DNA of 64,000 bases, taken from Octopus sinensis (lineage: Eukaryota). This document shows, piece after piece, positions 50,421 through 63,420 of this stretch. The notes under the pieces are model-generated. The model was not told where the DNA came from, made no database searches, and worked only from the letters and a program-made list of their open reading frames with translations. The stretch covers positions 150,846,001 through 150,910,000 of the forward strand of contig NC_042999.1 in NCBI RefSeq assembly GCF_006345805.1, read 5' to 3'. The position numbers and the translations under genes were made by a program. The first letter of the stretch is position 1, and each line of letters starts with the position of its first letter.

Positions 50421-52129
50421 AACCAACGGATTGCCAGAAAAAAGAAATAGTGACAAAGCAATGCTTGTAGTAAGAAAGAATCTAATTTCTGATGCTCACT
50501 TTCAATTGTTCTCCATATTGAGATATTATTGAATATCATCTTGCAAATACATTGTAGAGGTGCAGGCAAAGTTTTCCTCCTCCAAGATCTGAACCTTAGA
50601 ATTCTTTGACATTAGAATTTCTTTGACATTAGCAGAGGATATCAAATCTCTTTGTTATGCCACAACTTGTGTTTTGTCCATCTCACTGATAATGATGACA
50701 AAGTCCATCTTCTTAGTGTTTGCATGGAGGCACTATTCTGTGTCTTTTATAATATGTGGGTGTTCTACATTCGTTGGGGTATGTAACTTCTGCTGATAGA
50801 ATGTTGTGTATTATGCTACACACTGGGCTTTTAGATGTCTCAATGTGGTCCTAAAACATACTGTGAATGGAACTTGTGAAAACAGGTCATGCACAATGGT
50901 TTTTAACTGTTGACTGAAAATATAATATTCCCACATTCTTACTTCAGTAAATGGAAGGAAAATTTCCATTAGAACAATTTCATAACTTCCATGTGTCAGA
51001 TATTTCATTTTTATTAACCCTTTTTTTTTTTAAAGAGATCTTAATTTAAAATTATTTGTAGGTATTTATACGTTTTCTTGCTCATCTTAATATCTACATC
51101 ATAAAAATGGAAATTGAAGTTTTACCCCTGGATATCAATGGTACTTGTGTAATTTCCTTTCGTTTCTCCTTAAAGCGAAAAAAAAGAAACAATAACAATA
51201 AAACAAATAGATGTTATGTGTGAGCACTGAGGCACGGAATGGAAATGGTTATAAGGTCACTGTTTTCAAGTTTGTCAAAGGGACACCAGCTTTGACAAAC
51301 AGCTTGATACTGTTCCTCACAGTGACAATCTTCCAGTTCAAAAGATATTCAAATAGCTTCCACACATTGTTGTTGTTGTAGTTGTTCATACTGTGTTATG
51401 TTGTTTACCATTCAGCATTGAGTGGCCTCCCATCAAATGAATGCTTGTGCATAAATTCTTTTAATGTTTGTAGTCTGGTGTATAAACTGTCACTCTGAAG
51501 TTCTTAGCGTGATTTCAATGTTAGCTGGAAATTCCCTCTGATGTATAACCACCAAATATAATAACCCATTGGAGAAAACTAAGTTAGCTTTGACAATTTG
51601 AGAATTCTTTAACTTTGCAAACCATTCTATAATTAAACAGGCTTGATACTTTGATATTTAGTGGCATGTTTCCTCTGAATTGATTTTAAAGATGAAATCT
51701 TTTTTTAAACAAGTTGAATGGCTGAAGAAAGATAAACTAGATACACTTGCTTCTTATACTTGAGACTTCTTAAAGAATAAGCATTGCTAAACTGGTTTGA
51801 CTTTGATCTGAAAACCTTTATTAACCCTATCCTTATCATATTTTTGTTGAAAGATGCTGCTTTGCTTCTATCAGTATTAGAAATAATGGAAAAAAATCAG
51901 TAAAATAATATTTTCATTATTAAGCTGGTGTTTAGAACAAAAACAAATGTGAAATTTTGATTGAAAGTTTTAATTTAGATCATGTTAAAACGGATTTGTA
52001 TAATAAAACCAGGGGTGGTTTCAAGGAAATTATATCAAAATGGCTAAGAGAGACATATTAAGGATTTTGAAACAGTTACTTGTAAGCTGAGATTAAATGA
52101 ATCAGTGCAATGGTATTTATATTCTTAGC

Positions 52130-52355
52130 GAGCTAGCAGAAACGTTAGCACACCCGGGCGAAATGTGTACCTGTATTTCGTCTGCCATTATGTTCTGAGT
52201 TCAAATTCCACCAAGGTCGACTTTGCCTTTTATCCTTTCGGGGTCAATTAAATAAGTACCAGTTATGCACTGGGGTCGATATAATCAACTTAATACGTTT
52301 GTCTGTCCTTGTTTGTCCCCTGTGTGTTTAGCCCCTTGTGGGTAATAAAGAAATA
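52130..52355 (+). mobile_element. SINE-C1 with an 18-bp TSD
   Basis: GGTATTTATATTCTTAGC before and GGTATCTATATTCTTAGC after (one mismatch). Confidence 0.85.
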
Positions 52356-52530
52356 GGTATCTATATTCTTAGCTGGATAAGAGATTGATGATACTTTCTC
52401 ACCTTAGGCATTGCATCTCTTGCCTTTGGGCCGTACATTTGAGAGAAAAGTCACATTTTTGTATAAAGAATCAAACGTGTGGTTATATATTTATTGCATT
52501 TTACATATTTTTTTTCTCAATTTGTGAACA

Positions 52531-52930
52531 TAGGTGTAAGAGTGGCTGTGTGGTAAGTAGCTTCCTTACAAGCCACATAGTTCCGGGTTCAGTCCCACTG
52601 TATGGCACCTTGGGCAAGTGACTTCTACTATAGCCTCGGGCCAACCAAAGCCTTGTGAGTGGATTTGGTAGACGGAAACTGTAAGAAGCCTGTCGTATAT
52701 ATATATATATGTATATGTTTGTGTATCTGTATTTGTCCCCCCAACATCGCTTGACAACCGATGCTGGTGTGCTTACATCCCCGTAACTTAGCAGTTCGGC
52801 AAAAGAGACTGATAGAATAAGTACTAGGCTGACAAAGAATAAGTCCTGGGGGTCGATTTGTTCGACTAAAGGCGTTGCTCCAGCATGGTCACAGTCAAAT
52901 GACTGAAACAAGTAAGTGTAAAGAGAAAGA
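52531..52930 (+). mobile_element. Full-length SINE family A
   Basis: Head, body, microsatellite and tail as in the other copies. Confidence 0.88.
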
Positions 52931-54869
52931 GTAATTAACATCTTTAGCTACAGGTATTCAATGGATCAATCATTGGTTCATTGTATTTTTAGTTGATGAG
53001 ATTGGCATAAATTTTATTGCTGTTTCTGACATAGTATGACAAGTTCTGATTAATCATTTGTTTGTTTTTTGCAGTTTTAAATTTATTTTTTTCACACTAG
53101 TGTATGTGTGCGTATTTTCCTTTGTCTTTGTGTTTGGTGTTTGTAAACAAACAACAGCCTCACTATCAATGCAACTGGAGTCATATGCTTGCTGTCACCC
53201 ATAAAAGCAAGTCTGAAATTCTTGGACATGTGTTAACATGTTGTTCAATCTTCATAAACAAAAGACACATTCAATGTTTTTGGTTCCAGTTCACTGCATA
53301 ATTATGTGCAGATCATTTGTTGTTCAGTAGTCTAGCAGATTATTACCTAACTGATGATTAGTTCCAGATATATTATTGGAGAAAAGCATCCAGTTCTAAA
53401 ACAATTACTTCCCTGTACTAATCAGAAAATATCAGCCTCTCTAATTCTTTGAAAAGTCATCCAGTTTTATGTAACTTATTTCTGATAAACGTCACTTGTA
53501 TTTGTTTGGAAATATATCCGTTTTCAAAACACTTGCTTCAACAACTAGTGCAAATTTACCAATTTGTCTAACCTGATAGTAACATGGGATAAGTGTCTTT
53601 AAATCTGGAAAGAAAGGAGAATGGACTAAGCTTGTAAAGAATAATACTTCACAGAACAAGATCATTTATAAGAGAGTGGAATAGTTTAACCATTTTAGAG
53701 TAATAGAATGAAATTTATCAGATTGAATAAACAAAGTCAAGTGCCTTAGAAACAATATTATCGTGAGTTCTTATGTTGAAGAATTTCTCATTTGTGTTTA
53801 TATATATATATATATATAATCGTGCCACTTGATTTCTGTCTGTTGATTTCTTGATAAACCATAGCCAGAGTTTAGGTGGATGAATGTCTGTCTGCACTTT
53901 CAACATTTTCTGGCTAGTTTTCACTTTATATCAGTTTCAATTCTTGCAGGATCTGTTATACATCTAACACACGCACGCACGCACACACACACACAGATAG
54001 GGATAGATCTACACTCACACAGACATGTGCATGCATGCTCTCACAAGTGAATTTATTGCTATTCTCTGTTTTTTGGTACTAAACAATTTATTTATGTAAA
54101 AACCAGGATACACAAACAAAAAGGGGTTTACTTTGGACAGCACGAGAGTACTTTGGTGCAAAAATTTCAAACTTTCCTTAAACAAAGATAAGATGGAGTG
54201 TCAAGCATTGTTGACAGAAATCTATTACAATCAAGGATAGATGTCCACCAAATTTAACTGCTTGTGACTTTGTATGCCTGTGCAAACCAAACATTTGTTG
54301 CCTTATAGGAAAAGAAGTGCTGTGTTGGCAGGTTGGTTGGTTGGTTGGTTGGTATGTGCTCATGTTTATTGTTGAGCTGCCCAGTTCATACCACATCAAA
54401 GTGTTTGTTTCTGCCTCCATCATAGATCATCTGTTTCCACTTGTGTTAGTTATTCACCAATGATTCTCACTTGTACATATTAATGGCATACTTACTCAAA
54501 TTTCTTTTATGTTTTTGAAACTCCTTCTTTCTCCCTCTTTTATGCACAATCCTTTATCCAGCTGAGAACAACACAGTTGCTCTGACACATGATGGCCTAA
54601 CATTTTTATTTATTTGTTTATTTTCTGAGCCTGGAGGTAGCAGCAGTGACCAAAACATTTACAGGCTCTTCTAGACTAGTAAACTGTTACAAACCACCCC
54701 AGGAAAGATATGAGCAAGGAGAAGATTCCAGAAGGAATTGGGTTTTGTGATGAAGGATTGGGTATTGTGGTCAGTGTAAAGCCAATGGGATTGGATACAA
54801 CAAGGATGATGAGTGGATCAGGGTCACCTAAATGGTGCACTGAATTTGCTTAAGATGACCCAGCTCTGA

Positions 54870-55235
54870 AGAACAGAGACCATTGTGACATTTGCATGAC
54901 ATGGCTTGTCCATTAAATTTAATCTATTCATGATTTTAATTCAAGAAATATCAGCTTCTTGAAAGCTTGTTGACATTCCTCTTTCTTTCCTGTCATTAGA
55001 TGAATGTGATTCTCCTCAGGCATCTCTGATTGTGTATTCCCAGCTTATGGAGATTTCCCCTATAACTCATCCTGGTTTCAGAGTCATACAGGAGACTAGG
55101 TACAACAACTGCCTTATACACCAGTGGTTTGGTAGTTTGTTTTGTGTCATGACCTTTACATACCCATCATTTCAGACAACCAATAGTTGTACTGACACAT
55201 TTAATCTGATGTTTGATCTCCTGCTCAGTATTTAA
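54870..55235 (-). mobile_element. Decayed RTE-clade LINE 3' fragment
   Basis: Minus strand ..LVYKAVVVPSLLYDSETRMSYRGNLHKLGIHNQRCLRRI, close to the RTE consensus VYKAVVLPxLLYGSETW...QRCLRRIL. Confidence 0.7.
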
Positions 55236-56067
55236 GATTACTTAGATATGGGAAATGGTCTACATTTTTACCGTATGCTCATATACCTTGATGCCTGGAC
55301 CAAGTTCTTACATGTTGAAGTAAAACCTTTATTTTTTTCAAGTTGGAGTTAGACTCATGTTCTCACAAGCATTTGTGAAAATGGTGGTATTCATCTGTTG
55401 TTCTGATAAAAGTGAACTGACTGTGACAGCATCATTTGTGTTCTGAAGTTAATTTTCCAATGTAGACACGGTGGGTTTGGTAGAACAAACAGGAGAAACA
55501 GAACTTAATACATGGGGATATAAACTATTTAAAAAACATTTTTAATCAGCAGAAAGTTGCAAAGGCTGAGTGATTCATGTATGGCATTTATCAAACTTTG
55601 ATTGTTGTTTCTTCTCAACCACGTAGTTCCATGTTCATTCACACTGTATGGCACCTTAGGCAAGAATCTTCTACTATTAGAATCTTCTACAAGGTAAGAA
55701 TCTTCTATTATTAGCTGAAACTGACCATAGCCTTGAGAGTAGACTTATTAGATGAAAACTGGGAAAAGCCTGTTGTGTGTGTGTGTGTGTGTCTGTCTGT
55801 TTGTCTCCCAACACTGCTTAACAACTGGTATTAGTCTGTTTACATCCCTATAACTTGGCAGTTCACTGGAGGGATCAATATAATAAGTACCAGGTTAAAA
55901 GAAAAGTACGTGGATCAATTTATTCAACTAAAATTCTTCAAGGCAGTGCCCCAGCATGACCACAGTCTAATGACTGAAACAAGTAAAAGATAAAAGATAC
56001 AAAATGTTAATAAATGCTCTATTTCACATTGATAAGCCAGTTATTTGCCTTATTCAATTGTTTAGAA

Positions 56068-56345
56068 CAGTGCGACTCTGTGGACTGGTGCTGGTCTGCG
56101 AGCCATCAGGTGCCAGTACGTGGCAAACTTCCAGAAAAGAAAGAAACATTATAAAATACTTATGTAATATTGTATTATTTGTTTACAAACTAAATATAAG
56201 ATAAAAAAAAATTGTCAACTTTTATTATATTCATTATATATATTGTTTCAGGTATAAATTAATATTACTAAGAAATATTACTGGTTCCTGGTACATTGGA
56301 AAAAAAACTGCTGGTATGCCACATCAGATAGTTTGAGAAGCACTG
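56068..56345. mobile_element. hAT-type MITE
   Basis: CAGTG...CACTG ends with a perfect 8-bp TSD GTTTAGAA (56060-56067, 56346-56353). Confidence 0.75.
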
Positions 56346-57489
56346 GTTTAGAAGACCACCCAAATTTTTTTATCCACTGTAGAAATACTGGAAGGAAAAT
56401 AATACACATGGACAATGAAAGTTAACAAAGAATCTCGCTTTAATACATGGACTGAACTATAACAGAAACATTATTCTGAACTTGTCTAGTCTGCAGAATA
56501 ATCTGAGGCTTGTGTGGATAAATTAGAAATGCTTTTTGGCTCCTTCCCAATTTCTTTCAAGTGAAGATTGTTGTGGGAAGCTAATTTATCTGCTCCATGC
56601 TAGGAATGGCAGTGTTTTGATTATAGCTAAATATGCCTCTCACCCACAATCACTGTTCTATTCTCGATCCTTCCCACCCCCATTCTACCCCCACAAGACA
56701 CACACATATACACAAATTAGTTATTAATGTTGTTTGACAATCTTCTCTTTAAATCATGTTCTTACTGTTCATTACCCACTGACATTACATGCAGTTTCTC
56801 TCTCCCCTCTCATCTTTTGTAATGTGTAACATCTAAAACACTGTTAGGTGTTTTTTTTTCTCTTATGTTTTCTTTCTTTTTTATTTTTTTTTATCTAATA
56901 TCAAGAATAATTGGGAAGAAAGTAAGTAGCTATGATGTAGGTTTCCTTTCATAAAATGATTTTCAGCACATAGAAATTAAGAGCATTAATTACTGCAGCC
57001 TTTTTGTTTTTGTTTTTAAATTCTTTATGTCTGACAAATGTTGACATCCAACTTCCTCAAAGACACTCTGTGTGATTAAGAAAGGAAAAAATTCCCAAAA
57101 GATGTACGTCTAGGTGTGTATATATGTGTTATGTGTATATGTTCATGTACTTTTTAATCGACTTTTAATGAATCTTTTACACTAACTTAAAGGCAACTGT
57201 TTTGACTTGGACTTTGGGTACAAGATTGCCTAGTTAACTATGTATGTGCACACATAAGTGTGTGTGTCTGTCTTTGTCACCCACCTACTGCTGCTTGACA
57301 GCTGGTTCTGGTATATCCAACCCCATAACTTAGTGGTTCAGTAAAAGAGACTAATGAAAGAAGTACAAGGTTTAAAAACAAGTATTTGGGTTGAGCTGTT
57401 CCATTAAAATTCTTCAAGGTGGTGCTCCAGCATGGTCACAGTCTAATGACTGAAACAAGTAAAAGAATAAAAGAAAATATATATATATA

Positions 57490-57650
57490 CAGGTGCAGGA
57501 GTGGCTGTGTGGTAAGTAGCTTGCTTCCCAACCACATATTACTGGGTTCAGTCCCACTGCGTGGCACCTTAGGCAAGTGTCTTCTACTGTAGCCTCGGAC
57601 CGACCAAAGCCTTGTAAGTGGATTTGGGTGACGGAAACTGAAAGAAGCCT

Positions 57651-57687
<37 letters not shown>

Positions 57688-57892
57688 GTTTGTGTGCCTG
57701 TGTTTGTTCCCACCACCATCACTTGATAACCTATGTTGGCTTGTTTACATCCTTTAAATTAGCAGTTCGGCAAAAGAGACTGATAGAATAAGTACTAGGC
57801 TTACAAAGAATAAGATCTGGAGTCAATTTGTTCAACTAAAGGTGGTGCTCCAGCATGGCTGAAGTCAAATGACTGAAACAAATAAAAGAATA
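57490..57892 (+). mobile_element. Full-length SINE family A
   Basis: GGTGCAGGAGTGGCTGTGTGGTAAG...GACTGAAACAAATAAAAGAA. Confidence 0.88.
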
Positions 57893-58107
57893 AAAGTAAT
57901 ATAAGATATATAAACATACTATTTATAGCTTAATATAATTTTATTTTTTAGGGTTTTATTTTTATAGATTTTTCTCAAAAGGGAATGAAGTTCTCCAGTG
58001 ACAAATTAAACCATTATAAATATACATGTATTTTATGACACCCAAGAAGATTGGTATAAGTAGAGAATATCATAAAACTCCATGTAATCTTGAGGATTTA
58101 TGCTTAC

Positions 58108-58258
58108 CATTGAGAGTTCTTTAGATGCCACTGAAGTTTACCCTTTTGACACATCATCATCATCATCATCATCGTTTAAAGCGGACGTTAAACGATGATG
58201 ATGATGATGATGATGTGTCAAAGGGTAAACTTCAGTGGCATCTAAAGAACTCTCAATG
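58108..58258. repeat. Near-perfect hairpin with 72/71-bp arms and 8-nt loop
   Basis: CATTGAGAGTTCTTTAGATGCCACTGAAGTTTACCCTTTTGACA(CAT)7CGTTTAA - AGCGGACG - reverse complement, differing only by one T. Confidence 0.95.
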
Positions 58259-58289
58259 CTCTTTAAAACAATTTAATCTATTATTTTAT

Positions 58290-58857
58290 TCTTTTATTTG
58301 TTTCAATCATTTGACTGCAGCCATGCTGGAGCACTGCCTTTAGTAGAATGAATCCCCCCCCCCCGCGGACTTATTCTTTGTAAGCCTAGTACTTATTCTA
58401 TCAGTCTCTTTTGCTGAACTGCTAAATTAAGAGGACCTAAACACACCAATATTGGTTGTCAAGCGATGGTGGTGGGGACACAACACAGACAAACAAATAT
58501 ATACATATATACCGGCCGTCTGCCAGCCTTGTCTGGCACCTGTGTCGGTGGCACATAAAAAACACCATCCGAGCGTGGCCGTCTGCCAGCCTCGTCTGGC
58601 ACCTGTGTCGGTGGCACATAAAAAACACCATCTGAGCGTGGCCGTCTGCCAGCCTCGTCTGGCACCTGTGTCGGTGGCACATAAAATCACCCACTACACT
58701 CTCGGAGTGGTTGGCGTTAGGAAGGGCATCCAGCTGTAGAAACACTGCCAGATCTGACTGGCCTGGTGCAGCCTTCGGGCTTGCCAGACCCCAGTTGAAC
58801 CGTCCAACCCATGCTAGCATGGAAAGCGGACGTTAAACGATGATGATGATGATGATG

Positions 58858-58903
<46 letters not shown>

Positions 58904-59060
58904 GACAGGCTTCTTTCAGTTTCTCAACTCACAAGACTTTGGTCAGCCGGAGACTATAGTAGAAGACACTTGCTCATTGTGCCAAGCAGTGAGACTGAGC
59001 CTGGGACCATGTTGGTTGGGAAGCAAGCTTCTTACCATACAGCCATTCCTGTGCCTATAC
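58290..59060 (-). mobile_element. Minus-strand SINE-A split at its microsatellite by a plus-strand SINE-B (about 58512-58860) carrying 63-bp tandem modules
   Basis: SINE-A tail at 58290-58500 and head at 58900-59060; GGCCGTCTGCCAGCC starts at 58514, 58577 and 58640. Confidence 0.88.
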
Positions 59061-59351
59061 TTTAAAAACATTTAATTAATCGTTAATTCTGTGAAAATAC
59101 AAGTTTTTGCATTTGTTCTAAGAAACAAGGCAGCAAATATAGAAACTAAATATCTTTTGATTTGGAATAAAGGTGAAACAGTGCTAGAATCTTTAAATGA
59201 CTTTGTATGTTACTAGACCGCAGCGGTTGAACATTTAAAAACACTTAAATAAGCTAAAGGCCAAAATAGCTACCGAATGTAATATCCCACATCATCATCA
59301 TAACCATTACTGCTGTCACCACCATTACCACCACTACTATAGCACCAACAT

Positions 59352-59600
59352 GTTAAGGTGGCGAGCTGGCAGAATCATTAGCACGCCGGGCGAAATGCTT
59401 AGCGAAATGCTTAGCGGTATTTCGTCTGTTGTTACGCTCTGAGTTCAAATTCTGCCGAGGTCGACTTTCCCTTTCGTCCTTTCGGGGTCAATAAATAAAG
59501 TACCAGTTTCGCACTGGGGTCGATGTAATCGACTTAATCCCTTTGTCTGTCCTTGTCTGTCCCCTCTATGTTTAACCCCTTGTGGGCAGTAAAGAAATAT
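59352..59600 (+). mobile_element. SINE-C1 with a perfect 16-bp TSD
   Basis: ACTATAGCACCAACAT at 59336-59351 and 59601-59616. Confidence 0.9.
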
Positions 59601-60585
59601 ACTATAGCACCAACATCGTTTTATGTCTACTTTCTGTGCTGGCATGGGTTGGATGAGTCATGACAGTCAGATTCAGCACATATTCATGGATGCTGCTCAT
59701 CTAGATAAGTCAGAGACCTGTAGCATGTTCATGGTTTTCGTTTTTGGCATAGTTTCTACAGCTAGATGTACTTCTTAGTACCAATAATTTTACAGTATGT
59801 ACTGGGTGTCCCCTCCAGTCCTTTTCTTTTTTTTGTGGTACCAGTATTAGAGAGGTATCATATCTTTCATGAAAGTAAACAATCCTTTCAATCTTTTTTG
59901 CAAGCCCAGCACTACAGAGGGAGCCATGTCCACAACACAGCTAAAGAAACCTCTTCATCCTGTATCTGCTTCCTCATATATTTCTTTACAGAATGAGGGG
60001 CATGAAGGGCAAATAAATAGTTACATGAATGACATAATTTCTCAGTAGGTTTCAAGTCCTCAGACAGCTAACAGCATTGATTCCATATTTCTTGACTGCA
60101 AAACATGTATGTCGAGTATGGCTTTTAGTTCTTCATATTGGAGATCTCTGGACACTCTTCTCAGTGCAACTTGTCAATATGTGACTGGTTGTCTCAGATA
60201 CCCTAATATTAATAATCTACCCTTACAGATGAAGATTATTTATAACAGTCACAGCAACTGCTTTTCTTTTATATGAGTTATATTGAAAACATGACACTAT
60301 TCTAATTTAATATTTTCTGGAACAGTGGATCTTGAATTGCATAAAGCTATGAATAATGATTTCAAAATTTTGGCACAAAGCCAGCAACTTTGGGAATTGG
60401 TTAAGTCAATTACATCAACCTCGGTACTCAACTGATACCTATTGTATTGACTCCAAAAGAATTATGCTGTTATGCATTTTACGTGGTGCGCAAACAATTC
60501 TGCCATCTTACCATTTTGTATAAAGCTATAACATGTAAATATTGGACTGAAAAATCCTTTTGGATAAAGGCTGCCCATGAGATTC

Positions 60586-60651
<66 letters not shown>

Positions 60652-60905
60652 TTGAGGAGATAGGCATTATACCATTGAAGCAAAGCGGTCCTTTGGATTT
60701 CTCTTTCTAGTTTAGAAACTTCATTCTTATCAGTGAGAATTGTATGTTCAAAGAATTTTATGAACTTTTAAGAAAACCTGCAGTAATTCTTTTTTGGAAC
60801 ATAGAATCTTGAAGCTCAAATCTCAAAGGCTACTTTTGACTTTTTCGATCCAAAAACGTTTTTCAACCTAATATTTAATTGCTATTATTTGTCAATTGTT
60901 TGATA

Positions 60906-61145
60906 TACATGGTGGCTCAAAAGTAGGCTTACAGTTATTCAACTATCTCTTTCACATTCATATATTAACAGTTTAGATCTTAATTATAAAAAAAATATGA
61001 AACCATTATTCTATGCTAATTTAGTTAATTTTGTCAAGCTTCCTTTTCAGTTTGTAAGATAGAAATTTAAATGTAATAAAATGTTTTAAAAGAAATCTAA
61101 AATGCCTACATGATAAATGTAAACCTACTTTTGGGCTACCCTGTA
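60906..61145. mobile_element. Tc1/mariner-type MITE
   Basis: TACATGGTGGCTCAAAAGTAGGCTTACA vs reverse complement TACAGGGTAGCCCAAAAGTAGGTTTACA; TA ends. Confidence 0.75.
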
Positions 61146-62624
61146 TAACTTAAAATACAGTTTTCATATTTATGTAAAAACTGTATATTATATAAATATG
61201 ACTGCTTTAAAATAGGTTTTTGTAGTATAAAATCATTGAAGATTCTCCGAGGGAGGTTGACATCAAAATGGTTGAATGTTAACATTCATTCTGGTGTTTT
61301 TCATAAATTTGCAAACCTGTTCACTATCCACCATCACCATGGAGAATGATTTTAGTAAAAGTGTTCACGTAACAATATAAAGAAATTAAGAATAAAAAAC
61401 AAAAATAAAATTTCAGTCCTCATCTGAAATTGAACTCACATTCTTAGTCGTTGTGAAGGTTAATAAGCCACCACTACTCACTGACTTGATTCTACTGACA
61501 TATTCTGGTAAATACTCTGCTTCATTAAAACTCTGATCTTAGTTGCTCTGACAGTGTTCAATTACTTATAAATGTCATGCTATCAAAACATTTCCACTCA
61601 TCATTTCTCTATTAACTGTGGCAGAGGTGAGGTGAGGGTGCTATGGGATGGGAAATGGATCCCTATCCACTTAGCCCCCACCCCAGGCCAGCACCAACTT
61701 CTTTTTTTTTTTATTATAATTATCTTTATTTTTTCAGTGATTAGGGTGAGCTGAAAGAACATGATAGGAATCTTAGCTTATCTCGACTTATCTTATTCCT
61801 TTCGTTACCCCACACGCTGATACAGTAATGCTTTAAATAGATTTATCAATTAAAAAAAAAAAATGAATAATTAAGAAAAATGTGCTTTTCATTAATAAAT
61901 GTTTTTTCTTTCATTTGTTTCCAATTTAATTTAATCTGACTCATAAACCACTAAAACCTAAGTCTACTCCCAAATTAACTAGCAAATAAAACTTTAAAAT
62001 AATTTCTAATGCGTGAATATGTCTTTGAATTGTTAATATAGGGTACAAGCAAGAACGAATGAACATGCAGTAAAATGCCATTTGAAATAATGTGGAAACC
62101 GTTTTTTTTATACACCATATTAGCTTGGTTGTCTTATTTAAAATATTATGTCATCAAAGTTATTTGTTTGGAATTTTTTTCACTGACTTTAAAATTTTGG
62201 TCGAAACAAAAAATTCAAATATCAGAAATTCATCCAATTCCTAGCAGAACAGATGTTAAAATAATGCACAGACATGTACATATTTATGTTTATACATAAA
62301 AGTAAATGCCTGAGATGAATTGTAGCAAATATCCTTTTCTGCTCTAGGCACAAGGGTCGAAATTTTTTGGGAGTGGGCCAGTTGATTAGATCAACCCCAG
62401 TACACAACTAGTACTTAATTTATCGACCCCGAAAGGATGAAAGGCAAAGTCGACCTTGGCAGAATTTGAACTCAGAGCGTAAAGACAGATGAAATACTGC
62501 TAAGCATTTTGCCCAGCATGCTAAGATTTCTGCCAGCTCACTGCCTTTGTTGTAGCAAATATTATAATTGTTTGGGCTGTTAATCTTTAGGAATGGTAAC
62601 AGTTGTTACCTCTTTAACTACTAC

Positions 62625-62990
62625 TGTAACCTCTGGCTGCTAAGCATGGACCGTTACCTCAAAGTTGGAAAGAAGCTTGGAAGGAGCCTACACTTGTGTG
62701 TTTAGAGTGGCTTTGAATGTCACCTGGAGAGATCGTTATCTGATCAGTGAGCGATTGTATGGAAGCCTTCATCCATTATTAAACATTATCAAAAAGCATA
62801 GAGTCAGATTTGTAGGGCATTGCTGGAGAGCTAAAGATAAAATTGTTAGGGAAGTTCTTTTACGGGAACCTACACAAGGGAGAGTTAACAGGGGAAGGAC
62901 AAGTGAAAACCAATATCAAGCAGATTTTTGCAATCCCTTTAACCTACTGAATATGATGAACTATTGAATTGGATAGGGACAGGGAGTCAG
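62625..62990 (+). mobile_element. RTE-clade LINE 3' fragment
   Basis: LEGAYTCVFRVALNVTWRD...LYGSL...HRVRFVGHCWR...RVNRGR, matching the RTE C-terminal consensus LDGxYTRxLRxALNVxW...RLRFAGHCxR...RGRP. Confidence 0.75.
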
Positions 62991-63181
62991 GGGAATTATT
63001 GATATTACTTAGCCCCCCAACACTTAGTCCTTAGTTACCACTTCCAGTGTTTACTCTGTTATAAGCATACAAGCTAGATCTCTGGTTTGAGGACACTGCC
63101 TTCCATCCCTCCTAACCTTCCTTTTTCCCACCACTCTTGGAGTCTCTAGAATGGGTCATGAGCCTTGCCCTTCCTTCTTGC

Positions 63182-63420
63182 AGGCACATGGCTTAGTGGT
63201 TAGGGCGTTTGACTCATGATTGTATGATTGTGGTTTCAATTCCTGGGCTGGGCAACACGTGTTCTTGAACAAATGACTTCATTTCACATTGTTCCTGTCC
63301 ACTCAGCTGGCAAAAGTGAGCAACCCTGCAATGCAATTGCATTCTGTCCAGGGGGTTAATATATGCACCATGGAAACAAGGGAACTGACCCTATGAATCT
63401 ATATGACTCAGGAAGGATCT
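63182..63420 (+). mobile_element. tRNA-type SINE with central module W and tail module Z
   Basis: GGCACATGGCTTAGTGGTTAGG...GGTTTCAATTCC head; W-like TTCTTGAACAAATGACTTCATTTCACATTG..CACTCAGCTGGCAAAA; Z-like CCCTGCAATG..TTCTGTCCAGGGGG. Confidence 0.65.

Noticed and set aside
50440-50790. Possible RTE remnants here and at about 59800-60230
   Set aside because: Too decayed to identify a diagnostic motif with confidence.
58514-58690. CRISPR-like array (also at 31.4-31.8, 32.7-33.0 and 42.0-42.2 kb)
   Set aside because: Eukaryotic context, no cas genes, linkers homologous to each other, and the arrays are internal parts of SINE-B.
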